Part shown: piece by piece, positions 1-10,451 of the stretch | How positions within the stretch are numbered: the stretch's first letter is position 1 | How the letters are laid out: every line of letters starts with the position of its first letter | Origin: Candidatus Thorarchaeota archaeon | Lineage (GTDB): Archaea > Asgardarchaeota > Thorarchaeia > Thorarchaeales > Thorarchaeaceae | Reading direction: 5' to 3' | DNA length: 39,760 nucleotides | Assembly (NCBI GenBank): GCA_016933575.1 | Contig: JAFGAR010000007.1 | Location: 1 to 39,760 of the forward strand | Notes under the pieces: model-generated | Seen by the model: only the letters and a program-made list of their open reading frames with translations | Database searches by the model: none | What the model was told of the DNA's origin: nothing | Translations under genes and position numbers: made by a program

Positions 1-69
1 AGCCTCTGTGGAGAGGGGATTTCTCTTGTGCTGGACAAGTTCAGTTCGGTTGTTCGTTGTTAGAGCCAT
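1..69 (-). CDS. N-terminal fragment of a hypothetical protein running off the window (MALTTNNRTELVQHKRNPLSTEA...)
   Basis: ATG at 69 opens an uninterrupted frame to the window edge; TATA-like CTATATATAC at ~101-110 upstream. Confidence 0.4.
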   Translation of the reverse strand, partial: MALTTNNRTELVQHKRNPLSTEA

Positions 70-196
70 GATATTTCACAAGAGATACTGCTCATACTGA
101 GTATATATAGCAAAGCCACTTTTCAGGGACACAATACAGAGTCACATCTTGTAACTAGTTTGAACTCATTTTTAGTCGACTAGAGGTTGTTTTCAC

Positions 197-616
197 TCAT
201 TTAATGTGCAGGCGAGTCTTGCAGTATGGACAGAGATAGACATCTTTCTCAGCAGGAGTTGCATTTCCAATATCAAAATCCATTCCGCAGTTGTCACAAT
301 GAATCATACCACTTAGGTCAGTATCTTCAACAGGGAGTGCGTGCTTTCGCATTGATTCAAGAATACGGTCATCCTCTTTGATGTCTGTTGGAGCAATTTC
401 CCGACCTTGTGCCCAACGGAATGTAGCATACAGCAGAAATACTACCATGGGAATGTAGAAGAACATGTAGAGGAAGATTGAGTCGAGGGGTATACTGATA
501 ATGATGCCATAGATGCCGACCACACCTAGAAACAATGCTATAAAGAATACAAGCCACCTTCCCTGATGTGGGGAATGTTCTTGTTGGTATGGGTCATAGT
601 AATCATCATTCATCAT
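197..616 (-). CDS. Small membrane protein (2 TM) with C-terminal Zn ribbon
   Basis: Two hydrophobic segments, then CDNC...CPYC. Confidence 0.8.
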   Translation of the reverse strand: MMNDDYYDPYQQEHSPHQGRWLVFFIALFLGVVGIYGIIISIPLDSIFLYMFFYIPMVVFLLYATFRWAQGREIAPTDIKEDDRILESMRKHALPVEDTDLSGMIHCDNCGMDFDIGNATPAEKDVYLCPYCKTRLHIK

Positions 617-682
617 TCTTGAATCACTTCACAGACTGATTATGTATGAAGCCTTCTAATATCTTTCATCATGATGCTTTAA

Positions 683-702
683 ACAGAAAAAAGAGAGAGG
701 GA
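683..702 (-). terminator. Pyrimidine/oligo-U terminator of EF-1alpha
   Basis: Minus strand reads CCCTCTCTCTTTTTTCTGTT ~45 nt after the stop. Confidence 0.5.
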
Positions 703-743
703 ACACGGGCCTTGCAAGCCCGGTTCTCTAGAACTATTAGCTA

Positions 744-2045
744 TTACCTTGGTGTGACCTTGGTCACAATACCAACAGCTACGGTCATACCCATGTCACG
801 GACAGCAAATCTGCCGAGTTGTGGGAATTCCTTGTAGGACTCTATGACCATTGGCTTTAGAGGTACCAACTTTGCAATCATGGACTCACCTTTCTTGACA
901 AAGTCTGGTTTCTCTTGGATTACTTGGCCACTGCGCTGGTCAAGCTTCTGTAAAATTTCATCAAATCTACAGGCAACTTGAGCGGTGTGAGCGTGAATGA
1001 CTGGCGTGTATCCAACAGTGATGGCGCTTGGATGCTGAATGACCATTACTTGTCCAGTGTAGTCAGCAGCAACTGTGGGTGGCTTGTCTGTTGGACCAGC
1101 AACATCTCCACGACCAAGATCCTTCCTTTCAACACCACGAACATTGAAACCAATGTTGTCACCAGGTACTGCCTCAGGTAGAATCTCATGGTGCATCTCA
1201 ATGGACTTGACTTCACCAGTCTTGTTCGGGGGCATGAAAGTAATTTTCATTCCAGCCTTCATGACACCAGTTTCAACACGACCTACTGGTACTGTACCAA
1301 CACCTTTGATTGAGTATACATCATTGATTGGTACACGTAAGGGTTTGTCTGTTGGTTTTGGTGGAAGCTGAACACCATCGAGTGCTTCAAGGAGACAAGG
1401 ACCGTCATACCATGGAGTGAGATCAGGAGTGCGTTTCTTTAGGTTAGCAGCATCTAGTGCTGAAGTTGGAATGAATGGAACATTTTCCTTCTTGTAGCCA
1501 ATGCTGGCTAGGAAACCACTAACTTCCTCCTTGACCTCTTTGTACCTGTCTTCGCTGTACTTGACGCTATCATCATCCATCTTGTTGATACAGACGATTA
1601 GGCTTGGTACTCCGAGTGTCATTGCAAGGTAAGCATGTTCTTTGGTCTGACCACCGGGGCCAACACCAGCTTCGAACTCTCCTCGCTTAGCAGATACAAC
1701 AAGAAGACCAACATCCGCCTGTGAGGCACCTGTGATCATATTCTTGATGAAATCTTTGTGACCTGGAGCGTCGATAATTGTGTAATAGTATTTGTCAGTG
1801 AGGAACTTAAAGAAGGCAATGTCAATAGTGAGACCTCTCTCGCGCTCTTCCTTGAGCCTGTCGAGGGCAAAAGCCCAAGCCCAGGAGGGACGACCGAGTC
1901 TCTCAGCCTCAGCCTTGTGTGCCTGAAATGTTCGCTCATCTACTGCACCGGTCTCGTAAAGCAATCTGCCCGTCATAGTGCTTTTACCGTGGTCTACGTG
2001 CCCTATGACGACGAGATTGAGGTGCTCTTTGTCTTTTTTGCTCAA
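744..2045 (-). CDS. tuf: Translation elongation factor EF-1alpha
   Basis: [26 protein letters not shown] and C-terminal GRFAVRD motifs; TTG start with GGTGA SD. Confidence 0.98.
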   Translation of the reverse strand: MSKKDKEHLNLVVIGHVDHGKSTMTGRLLYETGAVDERTFQAHKAEAERLGRPSWAWAFALDRLKEERERGLTIDIAFFKFLTDKYYYTIIDAPGHKDFIKNMITGASQADVGLLVVSAKRGEFEAGVGPGGQTKEHAYLAMTLGVPSLIVCINKMDDDSVKYSEDRYKEVKEEVSGFLASIGYKKENVPFIPTSALDAANLKKRTPDLTPWYDGPCLLEALDGVQLPPKPTDKPLRVPINDVYSIKGVGTVPVGRVETGVMKAGMKITFMPPNKTGEVKSIEMHHEILPEAVPGDNIGFNVRGVERKDLGRGDVAGPTDKPPTVAADYTGQVMVIQHPSAITVGYTPVIHAHTAQVACRFDEILQKLDQRSGQVIQEKPDFVKKGESMIAKLVPLKPMVIESYKEFPQLGRFAVRDMGMTVAVGIVTKVTPR

Positions 2046-2113
2046 TCTTATTCACCACGTTATTTTAGCCTGTCCACTGAATACGACAGACTTTTGATGC
2101 TCCTTCGCGGGAT

Positions 2114-2128
2114 GCTTTTAACGCTTTC
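2114..2128 (-). promoter_or_regulatory. BRE/TATA promoter of EF-1alpha
   Basis: Minus strand GAAAGCG-TTAAAAG ~70 nt upstream of start. Confidence 0.45.
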
Positions 2129-2147
2129 GACAGGTTCCATTAACCAA

Positions 2148-2182
2148 GAATGATGAGAGCTATTATTAATCTCTCATCATTC
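2148..2182. repeat. Perfect 12-bp inverted repeat with 11-nt AT-rich spacer
   Basis: GAATGATGAGAG-ctattattaat-CTCTCATCATTC. Confidence 0.85.
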
Positions 2183-2675
2183 AGTAGTCAAACTCGTTCT
2201 CTCCGACTTTGATTGTCGTGGATAGTTCTTCACCACTCCAAGGTCTGCGAACTTCTATGAGATTAAGAACATTATATCCTCGTTTCTTTAAGAATAAAAT
2301 ACTGACGTTGTTGTTTGGGTGAACCCAATTGAATACAGTATCACCTCCGAGTTCTTTGGCTAAACGTTCAGCCTCAAGATAGAGTGAAGATGCAATTCCT
2401 TGTCTTCGATATTTTGGTTGAATAAATATTGACTCAGCCCATACCACATCATCATCAATTCTGCATACTAAATAACCTGCTAAGCCATCTGATGACTCAG
2501 CAACGAATATCGGAAAGTTCTTGGTGAGATACGATTGCAATTCATCAGCTGCGCTTTCTAGATTTGGAACTCGCTCCAAAGACTTCAGTCTTGCTAGAAA
2601 AACTCTCAAAGAAGCCATCATTTTGATGACCTCTTCTTTGTCACTTTCATGGTAAGGACGTATCAATAGATTCAC
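2181..2675 (-). CDS. GNAT family N-acetyltransferase
   Basis: IFIQPKYRRQGIAS acetyl-CoA motif A; N..S..FLKKRGY. Confidence 0.9.
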   Translation of the reverse strand: MNLLIRPYHESDKEEVIKMMASLRVFLARLKSLERVPNLESAADELQSYLTKNFPIFVAESSDGLAGYLVCRIDDDVVWAESIFIQPKYRRQGIASSLYLEAERLAKELGGDTVFNWVHPNNNVSILFLKKRGYNVLNLIEVRRPWSGEELSTTIKVGENEFDY

Positions 2676-2774
2676 CTAATGTAAATCTCAGATGTTTTAT
2701 TGAAATAGTTGTTGAATTCAATCACGGATAAAGTGGAGTTTCATATGAGCATTTCACGACTGCGAATATTAGGA

Positions 2775-3347
2775 CTACAAGTCGAAAGGATACTCAAGGA
2801 GACCTTCAGCCCAGATTCGGATTTGTTCCCAATCACGAAGATCCACGCGTTCTTGAGGCGCATCATCATTCTCTGCTAAGGATTTCACAAGAGCTTGCAT
2901 TATTGTCTTCGTCATGAAATTGCCTCTTGTTGAATCAAGTAGCCCCCCAAAGAGACCCATAGAAAATGGATTGATATCAGGAAAATCCGCGGCAACATTG
3001 TCAAGATAGTCCCTACGCGCTTGATTGCATTTGTCTTGTTGTACAGCGGACATACAGGAAACAAAGAGGGCGACCTTTTTTTGAGATAGAATTGCTCTGT
3101 TCTTTTTAAGAAATTTCAGGGACTCTTTGGTCCATTTACCCATCTGGATTCCGCTTCCAACTACGATGATATCATAATCTTCAAGATGGTTCACTTTGTC
3201 TTTCTTCAAATTGATTATGTCAATAACAGCTCCGTGACCTTGAAGAGTTTCTCCAATATGCTCTGCGATTTCTCCAGCAGAACCATAGCGCGTACCATAG
3301 CAAATTAGGACTTTTCCATTCATTGTAATCACATAGTGTGAGTTCAC
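2775..3347 (-). CDS. Flavodoxin-domain protein (HemG/Flavodoxin_5-like); likely start near 3323
   Basis: ICYGTRYGSAGEIA, VVGSGIQMGKW, VALFVSC, DLRDWEQIRIWA. Confidence 0.88.
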   Translation of the reverse strand: MNSHYVITMNGKVLICYGTRYGSAGEIAEHIGETLQGHGAVIDIINLKKDKVNHLEDYDIIVVGSGIQMGKWTKESLKFLKKNRAILSQKKVALFVSCMSAVQQDKCNQARRDYLDNVAADFPDINPFSMGLFGGLLDSTRGNFMTKTIMQALVKSLAENDDAPQERVDLRDWEQIRIWAEGLLEYPFDL

Positions 3348-4273
3348 TTGGAGGTTATAAGGACTTCATTAGGTTTTCTCTTCACTTGAGCTAACTGGGC
3401 TAGAATGACACCAACTACGGTGAGAAAACCACCAAAAATTTGTAAGATTGTCACTGTTTCTCCCAGAATAAAGACTGACATCATGACGCCCCATACAGCT
3501 ATTAGGTTCAGTATGATTTGAACCCTTGAGGCTTCGATATGTTTCATTGACTCATAATAGAGAATGAATGCAACTACTGTATTTATGATAGCTACCCAGA
3601 AAATGACAAGCCAAGCTAGACCACTCATAGTCAGTAAGACTGTCACGTCTTCAAAAAAGATTGCAGAAACCCAGATGAAAGGGACTGCAAACAGAGAACT
3701 ATAGAATGTGACTGCAATTGCACTTTCAGTACCTATTGCGATTTTACCTGCAATACCATTTAGTGCAAAGAATAATGTTGACACAATTACAATAATATCT
3801 CCAAGAATACGCTGGACATTGATAGCAGAATATTCGGGGGATGTAGTCATTACGATAAATGTGGCGCCTATTGTAGCAAGAACAAGTCCAAGAATTTTGT
3901 CCAGTGTTATTGCTTCTTTTAATAATGGTGCAGCTATTAGAACTGCAAAAATAGGTGTGAGATTTAGCAAGAGAAGAGCGTCGCTTGCTGTAGTCAATTC
4001 AAGACCAATATACTGTAATACCTGAGAGATGAAGGGACCACAGATTCCAGCTACTAGTAGGATTTTCCAGTTCTTTCGCACATCATCCCTATCGTGATTC
4101 TTTCGCCATTGAAGAGTCAAGATGAGAAGAAAGGGACAAGCTAAGGTATATCGAAGAGCCACAAACACGATAGGTCCGACCTCATCAAAGATTAGCTTTG
4201 CAAAGATCAAGGAAGATGCCCATGTAATCGTAGTTAGAGTAATTGCAGCATAGGCTAATGATGTCTGGCTCAA
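3344..4273 (-). CDS. EamA/DMT family transporter (10 TM)
   Basis: TWASS...VALRY, LKEAIT, LGETVT duplicated EamA halves; start moved to TTG at 4273 behind a GAGGT SD. Confidence 0.9.
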   Translation of the reverse strand: MSQTSLAYAAITLTTITWASSLIFAKLIFDEVGPIVFVALRYTLACPFLLILTLQWRKNHDRDDVRKNWKILLVAGICGPFISQVLQYIGLELTTASDALLLLNLTPIFAVLIAAPLLKEAITLDKILGLVLATIGATFIVMTTSPEYSAINVQRILGDIIVIVSTLFFALNGIAGKIAIGTESAIAVTFYSSLFAVPFIWVSAIFFEDVTVLLTMSGLAWLVIFWVAIINTVVAFILYYESMKHIEASRVQIILNLIAVWGVMMSVFILGETVTILQIFGGFLTVVGVILAQLAQVKRKPNEVLITSK

Positions 4274-4370
4274 CCACAATACCTCTACAGAACTAAGATA
4301 AAACCCTCTGATAAGCTGACCTGAATAAAGTAAATGCACAGGAAACACCTGTGCAGAGAATCTGAGAGGA

Positions 4371-5021
4371 TTATCTTGCTGAGCGAGCTACTCGTTCTCG
4401 TTCTTCCTTTCTGGAGACTGCAAAGCTACCAGGATCGTTCTTGTATGCGAGAAGTAACTCGTCCACTAGACATTCTTCGAACGATTTGGCGCTCTTGTGG
4501 GAATTACGAACTGCACCAACACTCAGATACCTCAGAGCAATGTCAATACGTCTCTGTGGTGCGACATCGACAGATCGTGGATATGCCATACCACCATAAG
4601 AGATTCTTGTTGTTTCTTCAGCTGGTGCTGCATTCTCGATTGCTGTGACAAGGACTTGAATTGGATTGAGTCCCGTTCTGTAATCAATCATCTCGAAGAC
4701 TCTTCGAAGGATATTAAGTGCCTTCAATTTCTTGCCTGCATTCCTTCCCGTTCGCGTCTTCTTATCCTTCCTGCGACCTGCATTCAGTAGCTTGTTTGCA
4801 AATCGTTCGACGATTGGGATATTGGACTTATGAAAGCGTTTGTGAGCATGTCTACCGGATGTGTGTGGAATCAGACCAGGTTTTAGAGAGATGTACCTGA
4901 TAAGACCAACATCATTGATTTGAACTTCTGTGGAGTCCCACTTTCCAAACAGGAGAAGATCCGGTGGTGTGTGAGAATGGGCATCTTCTGTAATCGGTCC
5001 AGTTGATTCTTCTTCAGCCAT
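4371..5021 (-). CDS. rps7: 30S ribosomal protein S7 (uS7)
   Basis: LLFGKW, IPHTSGRH, IVER, NPIQVLV, SVDVAPQRRID, EERERVARSAR; ATG at 5021 behind a GGTGG SD. Confidence 0.97.
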   Translation of the reverse strand: MAEEESTGPITEDAHSHTPPDLLLFGKWDSTEVQINDVGLIRYISLKPGLIPHTSGRHAHKRFHKSNIPIVERFANKLLNAGRRKDKKTRTGRNAGKKLKALNILRRVFEMIDYRTGLNPIQVLVTAIENAAPAEETTRISYGGMAYPRSVDVAPQRRIDIALRYLSVGAVRNSHKSAKSFEECLVDELLLAYKNDPGSFAVSRKEERERVARSAR

Positions 5022-5033
5022 AACAAATACCAC

Positions 5034-5477
5034 CTAACGAATTGGTTTCTCCTTCTTCTTGTAAATGAGAGACTCTAGTGAAACACCGTTCACTTTAACG
5101 ACCTTCCAACGTACTCCAGGCAGGTCACCTTTAGCACCACCCATAGCACCACCAATTCCTTCAACGACTACACTATCATGTTCATCAATGTACTTCAGAC
5201 CACCGTCCCCTGGAATGAATGCTGTGATCTGCTTTCCATTCTTTGATAATTGAATCCTTACAGCCTTTCGAATAGCTGAGTTTGGTTGCTTTGATTCGAT
5301 ACCTACTTTCTCAAGAACGATTCCTCTAGCTTGAGGGGACCCTTCGAGAGGATCGGTCTTTCTTCTGAGTTTGAGTACTCTTCGTTTGTAGTCTGGTTTC
5401 TTCCAGCGGAACTTGTTCCTCTTTCTGAGGAGGGGTCGCGCTGCGAATTCACCTACTGGGGACTTTGAACCTGTCAA
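5034..5477 (-). CDS. rps12: 30S ribosomal protein S12 (uS12)
   Basis: [38 protein letters not shown]. Confidence 0.98.
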   Translation of the reverse strand: MTGSKSPVGEFAARPLLRKRNKFRWKKPDYKRRVLKLRRKTDPLEGSPQARGIVLEKVGIESKQPNSAIRKAVRIQLSKNGKQITAFIPGDGGLKYIDEHDSVVVEGIGGAMGGAKGDLPGVRWKVVKVNGVSLESLIYKKKEKPIR

Positions 5478-5553
5478 ATTATCTTACCTCTTAATGGGTG
5501 AAACACCATTCATGGTGCACACTGGTTGGTGGTCACGGGTTCGGGCTAGCATT

Positions 5554-5570
5554 TGCTTAAAAGCCTTATC
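5554..5570 (-). promoter_or_regulatory. Putative internal promoter for rps12-rps7
   Basis: GATAAGGC-TTTTAAG on minus strand in the 127-bp nusA-rps12 gap. Confidence 0.4.
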
Positions 5571-5604
5571 AAATGCATCTGAATAAAATATGCAGAACAG
5601 CGTT

Positions 5605-6039
5605 CTAAGCTATTACAACGTTGTTCAGGTCAAAATGGCGTTTGACCAAGATACGAGCACGGGCAACATTTCTTCCATCGCGACCGATAGCAATGCCCCT
5701 GTCATCGGTCTTTACAGTGACTGAGGCAACCTTGTTACCATCTCTATGCTCGATGATTTTTACTGCTTCCACTCTAGCTGGTGCAAGTGCGTTCTTTACA
5801 AACTCTTCTACAGTTTCAGCCATCTCGACTACGTCAACAGGTCTTCCAAAGGCATCGGATGCTGCACGGACATTGATTCCACCTTTTCCAATTGCCTTTC
5901 CTAGCTGTTTAGGACGAACAACTACAATGATTCGTTCGCCATCGTCATCACGAATGATGTCAACTGCTGCAGCACCTGTAATCTGCTCAAATCTAGCAAT
6001 GAGCGCCATGTCATCCATGGAGAGTTTTACCCGGCCCAA
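5605..6039 (-). CDS. nusA: Archaeal NusA-like transcription factor (two KH domains)
   Basis: AIGKGG and AIGRDGRN KH motifs; conserved position between rpl30e and rps12. Confidence 0.95.
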   Translation of the reverse strand: MGRVKLSMDDMALIARFEQITGAAAVDIIRDDDGERIIVVVRPKQLGKAIGKGGINVRAASDAFGRPVDVVEMAETVEEFVKNALAPARVEAVKIIEHRDGNKVASVTVKTDDRGIAIGRDGRNVARARILVKRHFDLNNVVIA

Positions 6040-6049
6040 AAGACTCGCC

Positions 6050-6343
6050 TCAGACCATCTTTAGAATCTTGGAGTCACCAGGTTCGATAATTGCAATTGC
6101 AGAAACCATGAAGGGTTTACCTACAACCTCACCAAGATCCCATGAGGTCCCTTCAAATTTCTGAACTTTGATTTCAGCTATCTTAGCATATCTCTCAATG
6201 TCATCATATTCATCCTTTGGGCAATTAGCAGCTACTACGACTAGCTTTGCTTCGCCGTTCTTGATTGAACTAATTGATGACTTTGCACCTATCTTGCACT
6301 TTCCTGTGCTTACTGCACTCGCAATTGGTTGATTAAGGCTCAT
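6050..6343 (-). CDS. rpl30e: 50S ribosomal protein L30e
   Basis: TGK..IG...., AKLVVVAANCP, LG.VVGKPF.VS.IAI..PG.S.I; ATG 6343 with GAGGT SD (ORF-track start 6427 is too long). Confidence 0.95.
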   Translation of the reverse strand: MSLNQPIASAVSTGKCKIGAKSSISSIKNGEAKLVVVAANCPKDEYDDIERYAKIAEIKVQKFEGTSWDLGEVVGKPFMVSAIAIIEPGDSKILKMV

Positions 6344-6441
6344 TTCGCGGACCTCATTGATGTTTGTTGGTAGACCCGAACGGTTGCGTCTAATGGTTTC
6401 CTGTTTTAATGCTTCCGCCGTGGTCAATCTGATAAAACCTT

Positions 6442-7779
<1,338 letters not shown>

Positions 7780-7793
7780 TTATTAGACCTCCC

Positions 7794-10451
7794 CTAATCA
7801 ATACGCCCTTTACCAAGGACTTTCTCGATAGCAATATCGATGTTGACAGAGCGTCCATGATCTGATTTACTTGGGTCCACTCCGTCGTCACCAAAACGGA
7901 ATTGAACAATTCTTCCTGGTGCGGTTCGCACAGTACCATCAGTTTCAACCTTGAGATCTTGCAAAGCTGTCATGAGTCGTCTCTGCATATATCCAGAAGT
8001 TGAAGTTCGTACTGCAGTGTCTACTAGACCTTCACGGCCTCCAGCAGCATGGAACCAATATTCAATGGGATCCAAGCCTTTCTTATAGCTGGATTTCACA
8101 AATCCTCTAGCACGGGCACCCAGATCACCTCTCTCAAAGTGTGGTAGAGTTCTACCAACATATCCTCTGCTGATTCGCTCTCCACGGACAGCCTGTTGTC
8201 CTACAACTGCGGCCATCTGTGAAAGATTTAGTCTGGAACCTCTTGCGCCGGTCTGTGCCATAATAACTGCTGTATTCTCAAGACCTAGATGTTCTCCTGC
8301 AACTTCACCTGCAGAATCACGAGCCTCAGCAAGGGTAGCCATGATTCTCTGTTCAAGAGTTTCTAGTAGGGTTTGACCAGGATTAGGATCAAGTTCACCT
8401 CGTTTGTAGGTTTCAATGAGTTGATTGACCTTGATGTCTGCCTCCGAAAGGATTCGGTCGATTCGTTGTGAAGCCGCACGAGGGAGTGTGACATCATTTA
8501 ATCCCATAGAAAAGCCTCTATCAGTTATCAGACGGACAAGTAATTTTCCTACGGAGTCCAAAAAGACTCGAGCTGTAGTCGGACCTTTTTCCTTGATTAT
8601 TCGATGGAAGAGAGAGTCCGGTTCGCCAGCACCGAATGCTTTCTCATCAACAACTCCGAATATCAGATTTCCATCACGTACAACAACATAAGCATCGTAT
8701 TCACAGTCTTCGCGCTTACAGACAGTACATTTTCTGCAGATGTTGGCCTTGAAGGAGATATTAATTCCCTCGGGAATAAACATGCTGAAAATCTGTTTCC
8801 CTGTCCATAATTCCACTGGTGCTTTGATTGCTGGTTCTGGAAGAGTCTGTGGTCTGTTTGCAGTTGCTAATAGCTGGTTGACTTGGTCTCTTGTATAGAG
8901 ACTTGACTTCCTCGTCAAAAGAAAAGCTGCTGAGATATAGTCCTGTAGAGCTCCAATGATAGGACCACCATATCTGGGAGAGAGAATCTGTTCCTGAACA
9001 CGCATGAGTACTCGAGCCTCAGCACGTGATTCTTCAGATTGTGGGACATGTAGGTTCATCTCATCACCATCAAAGTCTGCATTGTATGGGGGACAGACGT
9101 ATAGTGACAATCTGAACGTTCGGTAAGGCATCACTCTGACTTCATGTGCCATAATTGACATTCTGTGGAGGGAAGGTTGTCTGTTAAAGAGAACAATGTC
9201 TCCATCAGCAAGATGTCGTTCTACTATGAAACCGGGTTCAATGGTGTCAGAGATTATGGAACGGTCCTTCACGAACCGGAGGTCTACTCTTCGCCCATCT
9301 GTTCGAATTAAGTAGTTGCATCCAGGGTGTCTATCGGGACCTCGGATGACGAGTTCTTTCATCTCCTCCATATTCCATTCTGTGACTCGTTGAGGAATGG
9401 TCAGTATCTTTGCAATCTGTTCTGGAACACCAACTTCATTCATACTAAGATTAGGATCTGGAGAAATGACAGTACGTGCAGAGAAGTCTACACGCTTACC
9501 TGATAGATTGGAACGAAAACGACCTTCTTTGCCTTTGAGACGTTGAGCAAGTGTTCTCAGAGCTCTACCAGACCTGTGCCGGGCTGGAGGGATTCCACTC
9601 ACACCATTATCAAAATAGGTCGTACAATGATATTGAAGCAATTCCCAGAGGTCTTCTACAATCAACTGAGGCGCTCCAGCATCAAGATTCTCACGGAGTC
9701 GTTGGTTAATTCTTATAATATCAATAAGTTTGTGACTGAGGTCATCTTCACTTCTCACACCAGATTCAAGAGTAATAGAAGGTCTCACTGTGACGGGTGG
9801 AACTGCTAGTACAGTCAATATAGACCATTCAAGACGGGCAGCTTCTGGATTGACTCCAAGAAGGCGGTAATCATCATCTGTGATGTTCTCAAGTCGAGCC
9901 CGAATATCAATGGGAGTCAGTCGTACAGAGCCTGCTTCTCCGACTTCATAGATAGATGTAGGTTTCTCAAGTTTTAGTTTGAGTTGTGGTTCTTCACAAT
10001 GAGGACAAGTCTTAGTCTTTGCTGCACGCTTTAGAATCTCATTAGAGAGATTAGCGGTCTTCTGACCAATCTCAGGGTATCTGCGGAAGAGTTTCTGAAA
10101 ATGCTCAATCTCCTCATCGGTCAACAAGATTCTGTTACATTCTCTGCATATAGCTCGAAGCACCTTGTGTATGACTTTTGAATATCCTTCATGCATAATC
10201 GGACGAGCAAGCTCTATGTGGCCGAAATGTCCAGGACAATTACCTACACGGTTTCCGCAAGTCTTGCAACGTTGACCAGGATCAATGACCCCTAATTTGG
10301 GATCCATGATACCTGAATCAATTGGATAACCGTCCTCATCATAAGTATCAGCTACAACAATTTGCGCAACAGACATTTTACGGATATCTTCGGGGGATAA
10401 TAGCCCGAACTCGATTGAGTCAATCTTTTTGGTTGTAAGGCCCGAGATCAT
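7794..10451 (-). CDS. rpoA1: RNA polymerase subunit A' (Rpo1N)
   Basis: Catalytic YNADFDGDEMN; CPGHFGHIEL; GREGLVDTAVRT. Confidence 0.99.
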   Translation of the reverse strand: MISGLTTKKIDSIEFGLLSPEDIRKMSVAQIVVADTYDEDGYPIDSGIMDPKLGVIDPGQRCKTCGNRVGNCPGHFGHIELARPIMHEGYSKVIHKVLRAICRECNRILLTDEEIEHFQKLFRRYPEIGQKTANLSNEILKRAAKTKTCPHCEEPQLKLKLEKPTSIYEVGEAGSVRLTPIDIRARLENITDDDYRLLGVNPEAARLEWSILTVLAVPPVTVRPSITLESGVRSEDDLSHKLIDIIRINQRLRENLDAGAPQLIVEDLWELLQYHCTTYFDNGVSGIPPARHRSGRALRTLAQRLKGKEGRFRSNLSGKRVDFSARTVISPDPNLSMNEVGVPEQIAKILTIPQRVTEWNMEEMKELVIRGPDRHPGCNYLIRTDGRRVDLRFVKDRSIISDTIEPGFIVERHLADGDIVLFNRQPSLHRMSIMAHEVRVMPYRTFRLSLYVCPPYNADFDGDEMNLHVPQSEESRAEARVLMRVQEQILSPRYGGPIIGALQDYISAAFLLTRKSSLYTRDQVNQLLATANRPQTLPEPAIKAPVELWTGKQIFSMFIPEGINISFKANICRKCTVCKREDCEYDAYVVVRDGNLIFGVVDEKAFGAGEPDSLFHRIIKEKGPTTARVFLDSVGKLLVRLITDRGFSMGLNDVTLPRAASQRIDRILSEADIKVNQLIETYKRGELDPNPGQTLLETLEQRIMATLAEARDSAGEVAGEHLGLENTAVIMAQTGARGSRLNLSQMAAVVGQQAVRGERISRGYVGRTLPHFERGDLGARARGFVKSSYKKGLDPIEYWFHAAGGREGLVDTAVRTSTSGYMQRRLMTALQDLKVETDGTVRTAPGRIVQFRFGDDGVDPSKSDHGRSVNIDIAIEKVLGKGRID

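Noticed and set aside
6344-6441. N-terminal extension of L30e, or a K-turn autoregulatory leader
   Set aside because: SD supports the ATG at 6343; only a small hairpin (TAGAC...GTCTA) is present, with no clear tandem G-A K-turn
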